A stretch of 64,000 nt of DNA. Origin: Eimeria praecox (lineage: Eukaryota). The DNA lies in the NCBI GenBank assembly GCA_963920595.1, contig OY986949.1, positions 3,472,001 through 3,536,000 on the forward strand. Reading direction: 5' to 3'. Below are positions 63,356-64,000 of the stretch, piece after piece. The translations under genes and the position numbers were made by a program. The notes below the pieces were generated by a model. It made no database searches, was not told the DNA's origin, and saw nothing but the letters and a program-made list of their open reading frames with translations. The first letter of the stretch is position 1. Each line of letters starts with the position of its first letter.

Positions 63356-64000
63356 CCGCTCGCTAGCATGGAAATGCCCCAGAATAGGGCACTCGTCCCC
63401 CAGACTCAAGTCCAGCACTTCCATCGACCACCTACTAATTTACGCCTATGGAATGCCCCACACAAAAACGCGACAGCTACTAATTTGCGCCTATGGAACG
63501 CCCCACACAAAAACAGCTTTGTCTATCCTCTCAACAAAACACACAAACACGCATGACAGCGTTCGTCCATGCACAACAACCTCATGCCCACACTCCAACA
63601 CAGCCAGCACCTGCCAAACCTCTCTCTCTCTGCGCAGGAGCCGCCTGCCCTGCCACCTCCACAACACCCACTTGCTGCGGTTGCTGAAAACCAACAACAT
63701 CGTAAGCCAGCGAGTGTGCTAACGGCAACTCTCCCTCCCAACCAACAGCCATAATCTATTCCCAAAACCACCAGCACGCCACTATCTGCCATGCATCTGC
63801 CCCAGAATAGCGCACTCTTCCCACAGACTCACGTCCTGCGCTTCCATCGACCACCTACTAATTTACGCCTATGGAACGCCCCACACAAAAACAGCTTTGT
63901 CTATCCTCCCAACAAAACACACAAACACCCGTGGCTGCGCCCGTCCATGCACAACGCCCTCACGCGCACACTCTAGCATAACCAGCACCTGCCAAACCTC
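63356..64000. repeat. Tandem satellite, 378-bp monomer, subfamily 2 (runs off the right edge; first copy carries a 45-bp internal duplication)
   Basis: cttccatcgaccacctactaattt at 63418 and 63841 (423 = 378 + 45); ctactaattt.cgcctatggaa.gccccacacaaaaac duplicated at 63432 and 63477. Alignable to subfamily 1. Confidence 0.9.

Overview
Eukaryotic, intron-containing DNA, most likely from a coccidian apicomplexan such as Eimeria. This is inferred from CAG-repeat homopolymeric amino-acid tracts, interstitial TTTAGGG heptamers and GGGGCCCC/TGCATGCA motifs. The window has five zones. (1) 1-12.3 kb is gene-rich and holds four genes that I assembled by hand from splice signals: a signal-peptide/TM/coiled-coil protein with a run of phase-1 exons leaving the left edge, an mS38/COX24-like mitoribosomal protein, a PIH1+CS-domain protein with a GC-AG intron, and a 3-exon twin-CX3C small Tim (Tim8/Tim13 type) that the ORF track misses. 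(2) 12.4-17.7 kb is a dead Ty3/Gypsy LTR retrotransposon with a candidate 5' LTR and PBS, followed by gag, PR, RT, RNase H and IN remnants. (3) 21.6-48.3 kb is a 26.6-kb tandem satellite of about 58.5 copies of a 455-bp monomer. It shows no net indel, nested higher-order repeats (5-, 3-, 6- and 2-mers) and a left-to-right variant gradient. (4) 48.3-62.3 kb is about 14 kb with no recognisable gene and one old ~1.1-kb duplication. (5) From 62.3 kb to the end is a 378-bp satellite in two subfamilies, collinear with and homologous to the 455-bp monomer; the 77-bp length difference matches an internal duplication in the 455-mer. The roughly 50-kb gene-free retroelement/satellite block is a candidate centromeric or subtelomeric heterochromatin domain. 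All family assignments come from recognising motifs by eye, not from database searches.
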